Assembly (NCBI RefSeq): GCF_001194135.2
Contig: NC_068987.1
Location: 95,902,925 to 95,966,924, forward strand
Direction of reading: 5' to 3'
Source of the DNA: Octopus bimaculoides
Lineage: Eukaryota
Length of the DNA: 64,000 nucleotides
A program made the translations under genes and the position numbers. Under the pieces are notes generated by a model. That model had not been told where the DNA came from. It saw only the letters and a list, made by a program, of their open reading frames with translations, and did no database searches. Positions 1 to 13,387 of the stretch are shown one piece after another. Each line of letters begins with the position of its first letter. Position 1 is the stretch's first letter.

Positions 1-1080
1 GAAGGATAGACATATCATTGAGAACAATAGATTTAGTTGGTGGTCTTGTTATCTCTATTCTAGTTTTTGGTGAAGTAGAAGAGGTTAGAAAGGGTCAAGT
101 GGTGAAGACATTATTTTGGCCTAGCTAAAGGCATCTGGAAAATGTAAAACTGCTGTCAGAGAAAAACCATTGTTCCACCGTGGGAAAAGTTCTGTTGCAG
201 TGTTAATTTAAATTTGGTTATGGTGGATCGAATCTACTTCTTGCATGCAAGATCCACTACATAAATATTAAAATAAATAGAGAAATATAATTGACATATT
301 AAAAATTTATTTACGTAATTGTACTATAAAAAGATATGATATAATATAATATAAAGTGTGTGTGTGGGGGGGAAGTTGATAAGGAACACATGGGTTGATA
401 TATATATATGGGAAAAAAGTCAAGGTAGGAAATGCTAAAATAATTTTATAAAAAACATTTCAGTACTGGTTTCATTCAGTCATTGAGTTTTTTTCATCTG
501 TAAGTATGGGAAACAATTAAATTTTGGAGACATTAGTATACTATGCAAATATTCTTTTAAAAACTTTTCCTTTAATTTTCCCAAAATTTTATTGTTTTCC
601 ATACTTACAGTTGAAAAAATCTCAATGACTGAAATGTTTTTATACAATTATTTTAGCATTTTCTACCTTGACCTTTTTTCCCATATATATATATATCATC
701 ATCATCATCATCNNNNNNNNNNNNNNNNNNNNNNNNNNNNNNNNNNNNNNNNNNNNNNNNNNNNNNNNNNNNNNNNNNNNNNNNNNNNNNNNNNNNNNNN
801 NNNNNNNNNNNNNNNNNNNNNNNNNNNNNNNNNNNNNNNNNNNNNNNNNNNNNNNNNNNNNNNNNNNNNNNNNNNNNNNNNNNNNNNNNNNNNNNNNNNN
901 NNNNNNNNNNNNNNNNNNNNNNNNNNNNNNNNNNNNNNNNNNNNNNNNNNNNNNNNNNNNNNNNNNNNNNNNNNNNNNNNNNNNNNNNNNNNNNNNNNNN
1001 NNNNNNNNNNNNNNNNNNNNNNNNNNNNNNNNNNNNNNNNNNNNNNNNNNNNNNNNNNNNNNNNNNNNNNNNNNNNNNNN

Positions 1081-1119
<39 letters not shown>

Positions 1120-1509
1120 TACATACATACATACATAATGAACCTCAAAATTGAAGAGCATGTTTATATGTTTATTTGGGAATATATATATATATATACA
1201 ATGGGCTGCCACACAAATTTCACTCACAAGGTATGGTCAAGCTGAAGTTATATTAGAAAATACATGCCCAAGATGCTGCTGCTTGGTTAGATACCAAACC
1301 AGAAACCACATGGGCCAATTTGAGAGTACAACATGTATCCCCAAATGACAAACCTTAATTAGGTAGAGCATTGTATATCTGGAACACTTAATCTGCAGTC
1401 AATAATTAGCTGTTCAGTAGATTACTTGCAAGCAAGAATAACAATAATATAGATGCCAGTCATATTAAAATGATATCTATCTTTAACCACTTATGTATCT
1501 CTCTCTCTA

Positions 1510-1553
<44 letters not shown>

Positions 1554-1796
1554 ACATTGTGTGATCATTTTCAGTGTTCAAAATGTCCAGAACACTTAGA
1601 TATCCTTTAGCAAAACAAAGTTCTGTATCAAATTCCTTATTTCACACTCAAACCAGAATAAAGGCTGCAGTATCACTGATGGAAAACCCTGCTTCCCTCC
1701 ACAATACACCATTTTACTTGCTGGAATCAATAAATAAAAGCATAAAAATCCAAGGCAAAAGAAAATGTTAACTGTGCAGTGAAAAGGTAAACTTAC

Positions 1797-1894
1797 AACC
1801 AGGTTACTTCGAAGACTAAAGTGTAGAGAATGGTGAAGAAGAAATCAATTACCACTAAACGGTAGATTTCTTGGCTGATGAAGGTTTCCCAGCA
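1797..1894 (-). CDS. TMC: TMC exon, start of the TMC domain (CWETFISQEIYRLVVIDFFFTILYTLVFEVTW)
   Basis: tttcag acceptor, GTAAGT donor, 98 nt; CWET...QE.YRL signature. Confidence 0.95.
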
Positions 1895-3432
1895 CTGAAA
1901 GAGAAGAATAAAGATATCAAACTGATGATGATGACAATGAGGATAAAGATGATGATGGTGATGATGATGATGATAATAGTGGGGGTGATACTGACAATAA
2001 CAAGAAAAATGAAGATGACAATATGAATGAGGACGATGAGCAGGTGAGTGACAATGAAGAGGATGAAAGTTATGATGTTGTTCTCATTGCTTTTGTTGTC
2101 ATAATTTTCGTTGTTATAGTTGTTGTTATCAATGTTGGCAGCATCATCATCATCGTCAACATCATTCTCAGTGTTTTTGATAATGATAGTAACAATGAGA
2201 GGCGATAACAATGATGGTGACAATAGTGATGATGTTAGAATATGCAACAGCAATAGTGACATGACGACACTGATGATGATGAGAACAATTGTGGATGAAT
2301 AATCATGAATGCTTGTGTGTGTGAATGTGTACATGAGAGCAGGCAAGCTAATCTGATGAATGCAAGCTAATCTGATGAATGCAAGCTAATCTGATGAATG
2401 CAAGTTAATCTGATGAATGCAAGCTAATCTGATGAATGCAAGCTAATCTGATGAATGCAAGCTAATCTGATGATATGTATACATGGTAGTTGATGNNNNN
2501 NNNNNCAAGCTAATCTGATGAATGCAAGCTAATCTGATGAATGCAAGCTAATCTGATGAATGCAAGTTAATCTGATGAATGCAAGTTAATCTGATGAATG
2601 CAAGCTAATCTGATGAATGCAAGCTAATCTGATGAATGCAAGCTAATCTGATGATATGTATACATGGTAGTTGATGTCTGTACATGCTTGTGCAATGTAT
2701 ATACACTAGTGTGATGTATACATGCAATTGTGGTGTATGTGAATGTTAGCCTGATGAATGTGAATGCCTTAGTGATGTATGTGATGCATGCGATTGTTTG
2801 AATGATGCATGAGAATACTTGAGCAATGCATGCGAATGCTTGAGTGACATGAGAATGCTTGAGGGACGCATGTGAATGCTTGAGTAATGCCTGTGAATAC
2901 TTGAGCAATGCCTGCAAATGCTTGAGTAATGCCTGCAAATGCTTGAGTAATGCCTGCGAATGCTTGAATGATGCATGCAAATGCTTGAGTGTGCATGCAA
3001 ATGCTTGATTGATGCATGTGAATGCTTGAGTGATGCATGTGATGCCTGCAAATGCTTGAGTGACGCATGTGAATACTTGTGTGATGTATGCAAATGCTAG
3101 TGTAAAGTATTCATGTTAATATGATACATACTGTGAATGCTAGTGTGATGTATACATGGTAGTGTGAATTGTATTAATTTATATTCATTGTCTCACCTGT
3201 GTACTCTCATTCATTATTACTTTCCTTGACCAGTATAAACAGAGCATTGCCATATTAACGATTGATAATAACATTGTTCTAAAATGATAGAGAACAAAAA
3301 GAAGAAAAAATACATAAATGAGATAAAAGGAAATAAAAATTAAATAAATACAATTAATTTTATTATTTCAAATGATAATTTGTTGGAAATATTGAAAACA
3401 ATAATGTTCACTATATGAATCTGTATTCGTTC

Positions 3433-3475
<43 letters not shown>

Positions 3476-3485
3476 NNNNNNNNNN

Positions 3486-3529
<44 letters not shown>

Positions 3530-3791
3530 AGTGATATATGATAGATACAATGATTTCTACCCTTAAAAATGGGTAACAGATTTGAAGGAAGGATATAACC
3601 GATTAAAATGTTTCCAGTACTTGACTGGTACTTCATTTTATCTGTCTTAGAAAGAAAGAACAATTAATTTGATTCCAACAGAATTCAACTTTACACAAAG
3701 GGACAAAGTGGTGAGACTAAATGCTGAAAGGTATTTTATCTAATACTCTAATGGTTCTGCCTATCCACCATCTTTAATGATGATGGTGAAT

Positions 3792-3822
<31 letters not shown>

Positions 3823-4255
3823 TACTTTCTGCTAAAGGCACAAGGCCTGAAATTTGTGGAGAGGGACTAGTCAATGACATGGACCCCAGTGTTTCACTGG
3901 TACTTAATTTATTGACCCCAAGAGGATGAAAGGCAAAGTCGATCTTGGTGGAATTTGAACTCAGAACATGCAGGCAAACAAAATGCTGCTAAGCATTTTG
4001 CCCAGCATACCAGAAAACAAAGTCTATGGTCAGGCATAATTTTTTTTCCTTGTCTACCAGTATAATATTTGGGTTTCAATGTTCGATTCCATGAACACAA
4101 TGAATCGTGAACTCCATCATTTCTACCACACTTTTTGGCACATATTCATACCATCTTCTTACCTTTGCCAATCCAACATGAATACCATCTGATAAGGGTA
4201 CACCAGGCTCATCATCATCATCATCATCATCACCATCACCACCATCACCACCACC

Positions 4256-4302
<47 letters not shown>

Positions 4303-7300
4303 TATTATTATTATTATCATTTGAGGATGCATGGCCCTGTGGTTAGTGTGTTGTACTCATGATTGTGAGATCATGATTTCAATTTCTAGACCGGGTGGTG
4401 CATTGCATTCTTGAGCAAATCACCTTATGTGTTGCTCTGTGATCACTTCGGCACCTGACACATGGTACATCATGTACCTATTCAGGCAACATCTATTTGA
4501 TGGAGGGAGTGAGCTAATGCACAGCACATAATACATTTGATCACTATAAACAATCATTTGTACGGGTCGTTCGGCAATAGCTGAACACTCATATGTTGTC
4601 TTCACAGCAAAGTCCACCATTCTTATCATTATTCAGTCTGTTTCTGAATCCAGTAGAATTTACTTGACTCAATTTCAATCAGTCACTAGACTCAGTGATA
4701 AGGTTTCAATCTGTTATATTGCTCTAATTCAGTTCTGACCAGGTATCAAACTGAGCTTGGTGATTTTTGCAATTGTATTTGTATTTTGTTAATTTGTACA
4801 AATAATAGTTCTAATTTGCATACTACTTTGTGTTGCACGTGGATTTCTGGGTTCTGCTTTAAGCAGTGTGTATTCTTGAGAATATATTGCTCACATATTT
4901 GCTCCATTTTTGGTTAGTTAGCATTCGAGTAAATTGATAATTCTGTATTAAAACATAACAGAATCCAATACAAAATCACCATAAAGTGGGACAACTAGAA
5001 CAACAAAAACAAAACAAAAAAAAACAGAACTGAGGAAGAAAATTAATTTCTCTTACCTCACCATTGTCACATATAAGTTGGTCTGTGGGAGTTCATAGGA
5101 CTCTAAGTAGGTTATAGCCGTAAAAATTAAAGGTAAAAGAAGGTTTGAGGCTGACATCAATATAGGCACGCCAAAATCCTGCAGGAACTCATTTGAAGTC
5201 TGGACAAGTTAAAATAGATAAACTGATAGATGAATAGCAATAGAAAATGCAAGGAATAAAAACAGAATGAAATTTAAAAAGAATTATCAAGATGAAGGTT
5301 AACCCTTTAGCACTCTGATTATTCAGTTGAATGTAATTAATTCACGTTGCTTTGAATTGATCATGCATAGTCTCATAGTTTCAAGATTTCAACAACGTGA
5401 TTGTTTATTTTCAGAATGACATTGCCAGGTAGGTGTGAAAGGTAGAATCTGACCAGTTTCAATATAAATCAAGCAGAATATTTGGGCTGGATATGGCTGG
5501 TTTAAATATTAATGGGTTAAGCAGAGAATTAAGGAATAATAAGATGGTGCTGATTGTTTAGCCTTGATCCAGCAGACTTATGGTCAAAGGTACTCCAGTG
5601 TTGACTATCATTTATCCAGTGTTCCTAGGACTATATTACCCAGTGTGTCCTCCAACTTTTTTTGACAAAAAAATAAAAATAAAAAGGAAAAGAAATGGTA
5701 GGATGTGACTTGAGAAAGATTTAATTGCTATTTCTAGCAGGTTGGTGTCCCTGAAGAGGTAGTAGTTACTATGAGGAGGTGGGAGAGGCTACAGTGTTTT
5801 TTGTTTTTCTTTTATCCTTCCTAGACTAGAATAAAAGGATAAAGTTAACTGGGTGAAATATGTTAAATAATAACGAATGTGTTATTGTTAGACTATAAAA
5901 CAAGCAGAAAATGAAGAGGAGTTGCAATGAAGTGAAAGTTCATATTGTAAGATGTAAGTTTGTAAAACTGACAACTTACTTCATCTTTTAGATTTGTAGA
6001 GAGATAATAGACAGCATATCCACAGGCACTGATCAAGCACAAAACTAGAATATGACTTAACAGCCGTAAAAAGAAAATTCTCGCTTTACTATCAAAATTC
6101 ATCTCTTTCTTGGAATCTTTGAACTCAGAGAGATATTCCTGCAAAGTAGAAAAAATTTCAGTGAATTATCTTTTCTCAAAATTTGATTCTTTCTGGTTCA
6201 TTCAAGAACTTTCAATGATCCTGTCTTGAATTTTTATTGGTCCATTGTAATTCATTCATTTATTAGATGAAGAATCAATATTATAGTTAAACGTTAGTGT
6301 AGGCCCACACATCATCATCATCATTGTTTAATATTCGTTTTCCTTGCTGGCATGGGTTGGAGGGTTTGACTGAGGTCTGGAGAGCCAGCAGTTGCACCAG
6401 GCTCCAATCTGGTCTGGCAATGTTTCTACAGCTGGATGCTCTTCCTAATGCCAATGACTTCGAGAATGTAGTGGGTGCTTTTTACGTGCCACCAGCACAG
6501 GAGCTGGTCAGACAGCCTGGCATTGATCATGTTTGAATAGTGCTTTTTACATGCCACCAGCACGAGAGCCAGTCAGGCAGCCCTGGCATCAATCACGTTT
6601 GGATAGCACTTTTTACATGCCACCGGCAGGGGAGCCAGTCAGTGGGCACTGGCATTGGCCACATTCGGATGGTGCTTTTTACATACTACTGGCATGAGAG
6701 TCAGTCTGGCGGTCCTGGTATCGATCATGTTTGTATGTGTAAACAAATTTTTTCTAGTATTATAAGTCAACATGCAAGTGCCTCAAATCACAGTGTTACA
6801 GTGAAGGTCATGATGTATCTGTATTGAACTACAGTAAATGCTAAGAGTATGTAACTCTTGGTGAATTAGGGCTTGCCTTCTTGTGCATGTGAAGAGGCTG
6901 GGAAATGTAGCAATTTGCTGTACTTGAGAACACATATCAAGCAAAGTAAAACTGCTGTCTTCCACACATATAGGCTTGTCCTTCAAGTGCTGGTGCCACT
7001 TAGAAAGCACCCGTGCTGATGCTGTGTTAAGGCACCTGTGCTAGTGCTATGTAAAGGATATCCAGTCATAGAAACCATGCCACAACAGACAGTTCAAGTC
7101 TGGACAGCTCCCTGCTAGCCAGCTCCATGTCAAACCATCCAACCCATGGCAGCATGGAATGAGAACGTTAAACAATGATGATGATGATGATGATGATATA
7201 TATGCATTCACATATACACACACACCACACATATATATATAGATATATTGTCTGTAAAAAACATAAATCTGAAAGAAGAAGCACACTCTAAGATGTAGAG

Positions 7301-9446
7301 CAATATGTATTAAAATGGCGAAGGCCGGTTTATGGGATTACCTTAGGTTTCCTGTCCATAAAGGGTTTAGCTTTATGCCACATCATAGGATCCCAAAAAC
7401 CTGTTGGCCCATGACCTCTTAAAAATATGGAAGGGGATGACTTCTGACAGTTTCTGTCTACCAAATTCACTCACAAGGCTTTGCTTGTCTCAAGGCTATA
7501 AGTAGAAAACACTTGCCCAAAGTGTCACACAGTGGGGCTGAACCCAGAATCATGTGGTTGGGAAGGGAACTTCTTAACCACACAGCCACACCTGGACAGT
7601 GTTGTGTGTAAATATCATGAAGTGTGTATGCATGTACTTCAGTTGAATATCCATAAGTACAGTTGAATATCCATAAGCATAAATTCTATGCCTATGTACA
7701 TCATATACATGCACCTCTATATACGTCATATACATGCACCTCTATATACATCATACACACAAGTACAATTTATAATCATATAGACACACACATGAAAATT
7801 ATGTACACACACATAAACACCCAATCAGAGATACACCTGCACATGAGTATTCAGACACACTGCACAGATTGATATGTTCACACACTCACATGTGTGCGTA
7901 TACATGTACAGGTATGCATGTACATGTTCATTCAATAATGCATATATACAGGTAGACCAGACTTACCTTGATTTCATTATGGATGCTCCTGTGCCGCAGG
8001 GCTGCAGCATCCCTTGATATCACACTATAGTCCCATATAGTGAAGATCTTTGTAACAAAGTAAAAATTGTCTTCAGTGGTTGCTTCAATATAGTTCTCCT
8101 TGTATGACCGAGCAATACTAAGAATAATAACAACACCAATATCAATAGTAACTTGATATAAACATTAGCAATGACAGTTAATAAAAACAATTATATGGCT
8201 GTGTGGTAAGTAGCTTGCTTACCAACCAAAGTCAGGCAGAGCAGCCACTGAAATCAAGAACTTATATGCTGGAGCATTGTTCTGATGAAACTAGATCTCT
8301 TTCATTAGTTTTCCTAGGTTTTTGGTCTTGATAGCCTTTTCTAACTGCCTCAGCAAGTTGGCAGGTACTCACCATTGATGGTGTGGCTCTTTTGAAAAAT
8401 CTGAGATCATCACCTTCCCTGTAGAAGAAAGGAAGGCGATGTGGGAAGGTAACACAAAGCATTCTGTTCTGTGCTCTTCTATACCAAAGAAGAATGGCCT
8501 TAAGTGGCTACTGAACCTGCTAAAAATAGCAGTTAAATCTCTTTCAAATCACACCATCTTAAACTAGGCAGGATGCATTGGTTAACATAGCCCTTAATAT
8601 ATTATATCTAAAAATAAAACTGGATGGTTATGGCTGGAATACCCTTAATTATATATCAGCTAAATTAGGGCTGAGCTACAACTAAATGTAATAGCAGTGG
8701 TGGTGGTGGTGATGGTGGTGGTGAAGGCTAAATACTCAGGTGGAGAGGTTAGTGATAAAATTGATCTCAGTTCTTCACTGGTACTTTGCCTTTCATCTTC
8801 ACAGGATCATTAAAGTAAAGATGATCCAGGCAAGATTTGAACATAAAAAGCAAAGAACCAGAACAAACAATGATCTCTTTTATCTTTAATTAATAATAAC
8901 GGTTTTTGTGTGTTTTTAAATGGCTTATCCACACTGCAATTGTTTTCATTGCAGCACAGATTTCAGATCAGGTCACTTGCTATGCATGTACATCTCCGTA
9001 ATATTAATAATTTCTAATGATTTGAGAGGAAAAAATAAAGGTAGAAAATAATGTAGACAAAGATAACAGACACAGAAAGGGGAAAAGTAAGAGACAAAGA
9101 AAGAGATACATAAATAAAGAGAGGCATGCATACACAGAGAAAGAGAGAAACACATATACACACTATATGAAAGGTAAAATATACACTTGACAGAGAATAC
9201 ACAGAAAATAAAATCATATAAGATTTGTCACCTGTAAAACATTGCGCATAAGATTAATAAATAATTCAAGATGGCGCTGTAGAAGTAGGCATACGGCATC
9301 AAGTATTGTGTGTCAGTAATGAGAATAGTCTCATTAGTGTAAAAACCATAGAACAACTCTGTATTTGCCATCCAGCCCTGTGTAATAGAAACATAGACAG
9401 AAAGTGAGGGAGAGAATTTGAGAGAGAAGGATATAAAATAAAGAAG

Positions 9447-9483
<37 letters not shown>

Positions 9484-10415
9484 ATAATAATATTAGGGAC
9501 AAAATCCAAAATTGCAGGTAAAAACTGCACAAGACCCTGTAAAAATCAATTTATAAAAAATTAAAATTAAATTNNNNNNNNNNNNNNNNNNNNNNNNNNN
9601 NNNNNNNNNNNNNNNNNNNNNNNNNNNNNNNNNNNNNNNNNNNNNNNNNNNNNNNNNNNNNNNNNNNNNNNNNNNNNNNNNNNNNNNNNNNNNNNNNNNN
9701 NNNNNNNNNNNNNNNNNNNNNNNNATATATATATATATATATATATACATATATGTATATATATATACACACACACATGTACGTACGTATGTATGTATGT
9801 GTTTCTCACATTCGTAAAGCTATTATTTAGTATCAAAATTGACAGTAATTGTTGTCAGGTCATTTAGCTCAATGGTTTAGAGCACTCAGCCAATATCTAA
9901 GGAGTACAGTTCCACTCCCCGTAGCTGCCTGCTGATGTACATGTATATATACATGTGTGTGTGTGTGCATGCATATGTATCATTATCATCTGGGTTGCAC
10001 AGTTTGACAGGAGCCAGCCAGGTAGACAACTATCCCAGGCTACTGTGTCTGTTTTGGTATGGTTTTTATGGTTGGATGCCTTTCTTAACACCAGATTTGC
10101 AGTTGTTTTTAAAATACTGGGTTCCAATTTTCTATATGTATATATATATATATATTCTGTTGTGTCTGGGGAGAGTCATGTTCTTATTGTGCCTTAAAAT
10201 TTAACACACTCACTGGTAAAATTTCCACTTATTTCCTATTTCTATTTTGTTAAAATTTTAGCAAAATAAAAATAAGAAATAAGTGGAAATTTTAACGGTG
10301 AGTGTGTTAAATTTTAAGGCACAATAAGAAAATGACTCTCCCCAGACACAACAGAATATGCTTCAACACACGAAATCACATAAAAAATCTTGCAAACCAA
10401 ATCCCAAAACGAAAA

Positions 10416-10450
<35 letters not shown>

Positions 10451-12749
10451 TATATATTGGGCAAAGTTCAGAGAGCTTGGGCAAAATTCAAATAGCCTGG
10501 GCAAAGTTCAGAGAGCTCTTACTTCTGCTGGTGACAAAAGGCCTCTCGCTCAGAGTAAAAGACAGATTGTATGATGCATGTGTACGAACAGCCAGGCTAC
10601 ATGGCAATGAAACATGGGCCGTGACTGCTGAGGACATGCATAAGCTCACAAGGAATGAAGCCAGTATGCGCCAATGGATGTGTAATGTCTGTGCATACTC
10701 AACAGAGTGTAAGTACCTTGAGAGAAAAGCTGGACCTAAGAAGCATCAGTTGTGGTGTGCAAGAGAGACGATTGCGCTGGTATGGTCATTTGGCGAGAAT
10801 GGATGAAGATAGCTGTGTGAAAAAGTGCCACAGCCATGCGGTTGAGGGTACCTGTGGAAGAGGTAGACCCAGGAAGACCTGGGATGAGGTGGTGAAGCAT
10901 GACCTTCGAAAATTAGACCTCACCAAGGCAATGACTAGTGACCGAGATCTTTGGAAATATGCTGTGCATGAGAAGACCCGGCAAGCCAAGTGATACCATA
11001 ACCCGTGGCCTTTACCAGGGGTGTAGCCAGCCTACTTATGCATACCTTTCCTTCTTTGGACACAAGACCCTGTAAAAACAGCTGCCCCAACTCATCTCAT
11101 TCCAAGCCAACACACCTGTCTAACCTTATCTCATAACCCCTGCCCAACACACACACAAATTTCTGCCCTTACATCTTTTTCCAGGACATCAACTTTTGAA
11201 GACCTGAAACTGAACCAAATTCGAAGACTGGCACCTGTGCCAGTGGAGCACTAACAGCACCATCCGAGCGAGATCGCTGCTCTGGCAGCAATCTCACTTC
11301 CATGCCAGTGGCATGTAAAAAGCACCATTTGAGCGTGATCATTTCCAGCTTCACCTTACTGGCACACATGCCGGTGGCATATGAACAAAACATTGGACTG
11401 ACTCCTGTGCAGGTGGCACATAAAAAAACACCATTTGAGCGTGGCCGTGGCCAGTACCGCTGGACTGGACCTCGTGCTGGTGGCACATAAAAAGCACCCA
11501 CTACACTCTCAGAGTGGTTGGCATTCCAGCAGTAGAAACTCTGCCAGATCAGATTGGAGTCTGGTGTAACCATTATTGTTGGTTGATATATACATTCTTT
11601 TATTATTATTATTGTTGTATTTTGACCTAAAGATTAGCTATATTTTTGAATAGAATTGATTTTCGATATTTTTAATTGATTTTAATCGATTTAAATTTTC
11701 TTTCTATTTGAAAATTGGTTATGAAACACGTCTAGTCATTTTATTATCTTTATCTTATGATATTTACTNNNNNNNNNNNNNNNNNNNNNNNNNNNNNNNN
11801 NNNNNNNNNNNNNNNNNNNNNNNNNNNNNNNNNNNNNNNNNNNNNNNNNNNNNNNNNNNNNNNNNNNNNNNNNNNNNNNNNNNNNNNNNNNNNNNNNNNN
11901 NNNNNNNNNNNNNNNNNNNNNNNNNNNNNNNNNNNNNNNNNNNNNNNNNNNNNNNNNNNNNNNNNNNNNNNNNNNNNNNNNNNNNNNNNNNNNNNNNNNN
12001 NNNNNNNNNNNNNNNNNNNNNNNNNNNNNNNNNNNNNNNNNNNNNNNNNNNNNNNNNNNNNNNNNNNNNNNNNNNNNNNNNNNNNNNNNNNNNNNNNNNN
12101 NNNNNNNNNNNNNNNNNNNNNNNNNNNNNNNNNNNNNNNNNNNNNNNNNNNNNNNNNNNNNNNNNNNNNNNNNNNNNNNNNNNNNNNNNNNNNNNNNNNN
12201 NNNNNNNNNNNNNNNNNNNNNNNNNNNNNNNNNNNNNNNNNNNNNNNNNNNNNNNNNNNNNNNNNNNNNNNNNNNNNNNNNNNNNNNNNNNNNNNNNNNN
12301 NNNNNNNNNNNNNNNNNNNNNNNNNNNNNNNNNNNNNNNNNNNNNNNNNNNNNNNNNNNNNNNNNNNNNNNNNNNNNNNNNNNNNNNNNNNNNNNNNNNN
12401 NNNNNNNNNNNNNNNNNNNNNNNNNNNNNNNNNNNNNNNNNNNNNNNNNNNCTGAGGAAGAACTTGGAAACAGAACATTAAAAAGAAGGTAAAACCATTC
12501 AAGAAGAACAGCCACTTGAGAAACAGGAAGTAAGAGGTGACACTGCTTCCAAAGAGTCCCTCAATTTTCTTTATGACTGATTGCCATAGACCTATATAGT
12601 AGGTCATATTCCTGAGACGTCTCTTGAACCGACTCCATGACTGAAATACAGAGATAAATGGAAAATAAGTTAGGAGAAAAATGATGGGGTAGAATAAAGA
12701 GAGATACAGAGATATATATATATAAAGAAACTAACACAAAGATACAGAG

Positions 12750-12784
<35 letters not shown>

Positions 12785-13268
12785 GTACTGTTCCATGATG
12801 CTAAGATCAACAAACAATGTGCTCCATCTGGTGAGAGACAAATATTATTTAACAAAGATAATGTACATTTTTATGTGCTATTATTAGTTTCATGCGATAA
12901 AAGTATGCCAGACAGTATTTTTTAGCATGTCTGGTGTCTCAGCACAATCTTCACACACTGCCCACATACCATGTGTTGTTATGCCATGTGGGCAGTGCCT
13001 GAATTAATATGTACATGGTTGAGCATCCAGCAGCTACATTGTATCATTAACATAATTCTTAGAATCTGCAGGGTGTGACCAGGCTGTACCTCTTGAATTA
13101 CAGCTATGATTCATTTGACGGGTTTCTATATAGTTTCTGTATATCCATGTTTCACTAACAGAGTATGGGTCAACTCTAGGCTATAACATTTGCTCAAGAT
13201 GCTATGCAGTAGAATCAAATCTGGGAAATTTCTTAACTGTTTGACTATACTGCATCTTGTATGTGTGT

Positions 13269-13340
<72 letters not shown>

Positions 13341-13356
13341 ATGTATGCATGTATGC

Positions 13357-13387
<31 letters not shown>

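Noticed and set aside
592-1245. Long ORFs spanning N-runs (also 9.5, 11.7-12.6, 51.0-51.4 and 54.2-55.0 kb)
   Set aside because: Artefacts of translating Ns and (AT)n repeats; only 12452-12640 is real coding sequence.
1229-1382. Candidate next TMC exon (AG...GTGAGT)
   Set aside because: Stops in all frames; the sequence is a degenerate SINE family A copy.
1600-1720. Candidate next TMC exon after a ~80-nt intron
   Set aside because: The open frame lacks the expected EF.I..NVL.LIY.Q motif and has no clear donor before its stop.
1855-2346. 163-aa hydrophobic/acidic ORF
   Set aside because: Low-complexity trinucleotide tract; it overlaps the real exon in a different frame.
2343-2655. CRISPR-like regular repeats
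   Set aside because: No unique spacers, eukaryotic context, no cas genes.
2471-2675. Higher-order duplication in the 19-bp array
   Set aside because: It straddles a 10-N gap; copy number is unreliable.
4135-4362. Poly-His ORF
   Set aside because: (CAT/CAC)n microsatellite.
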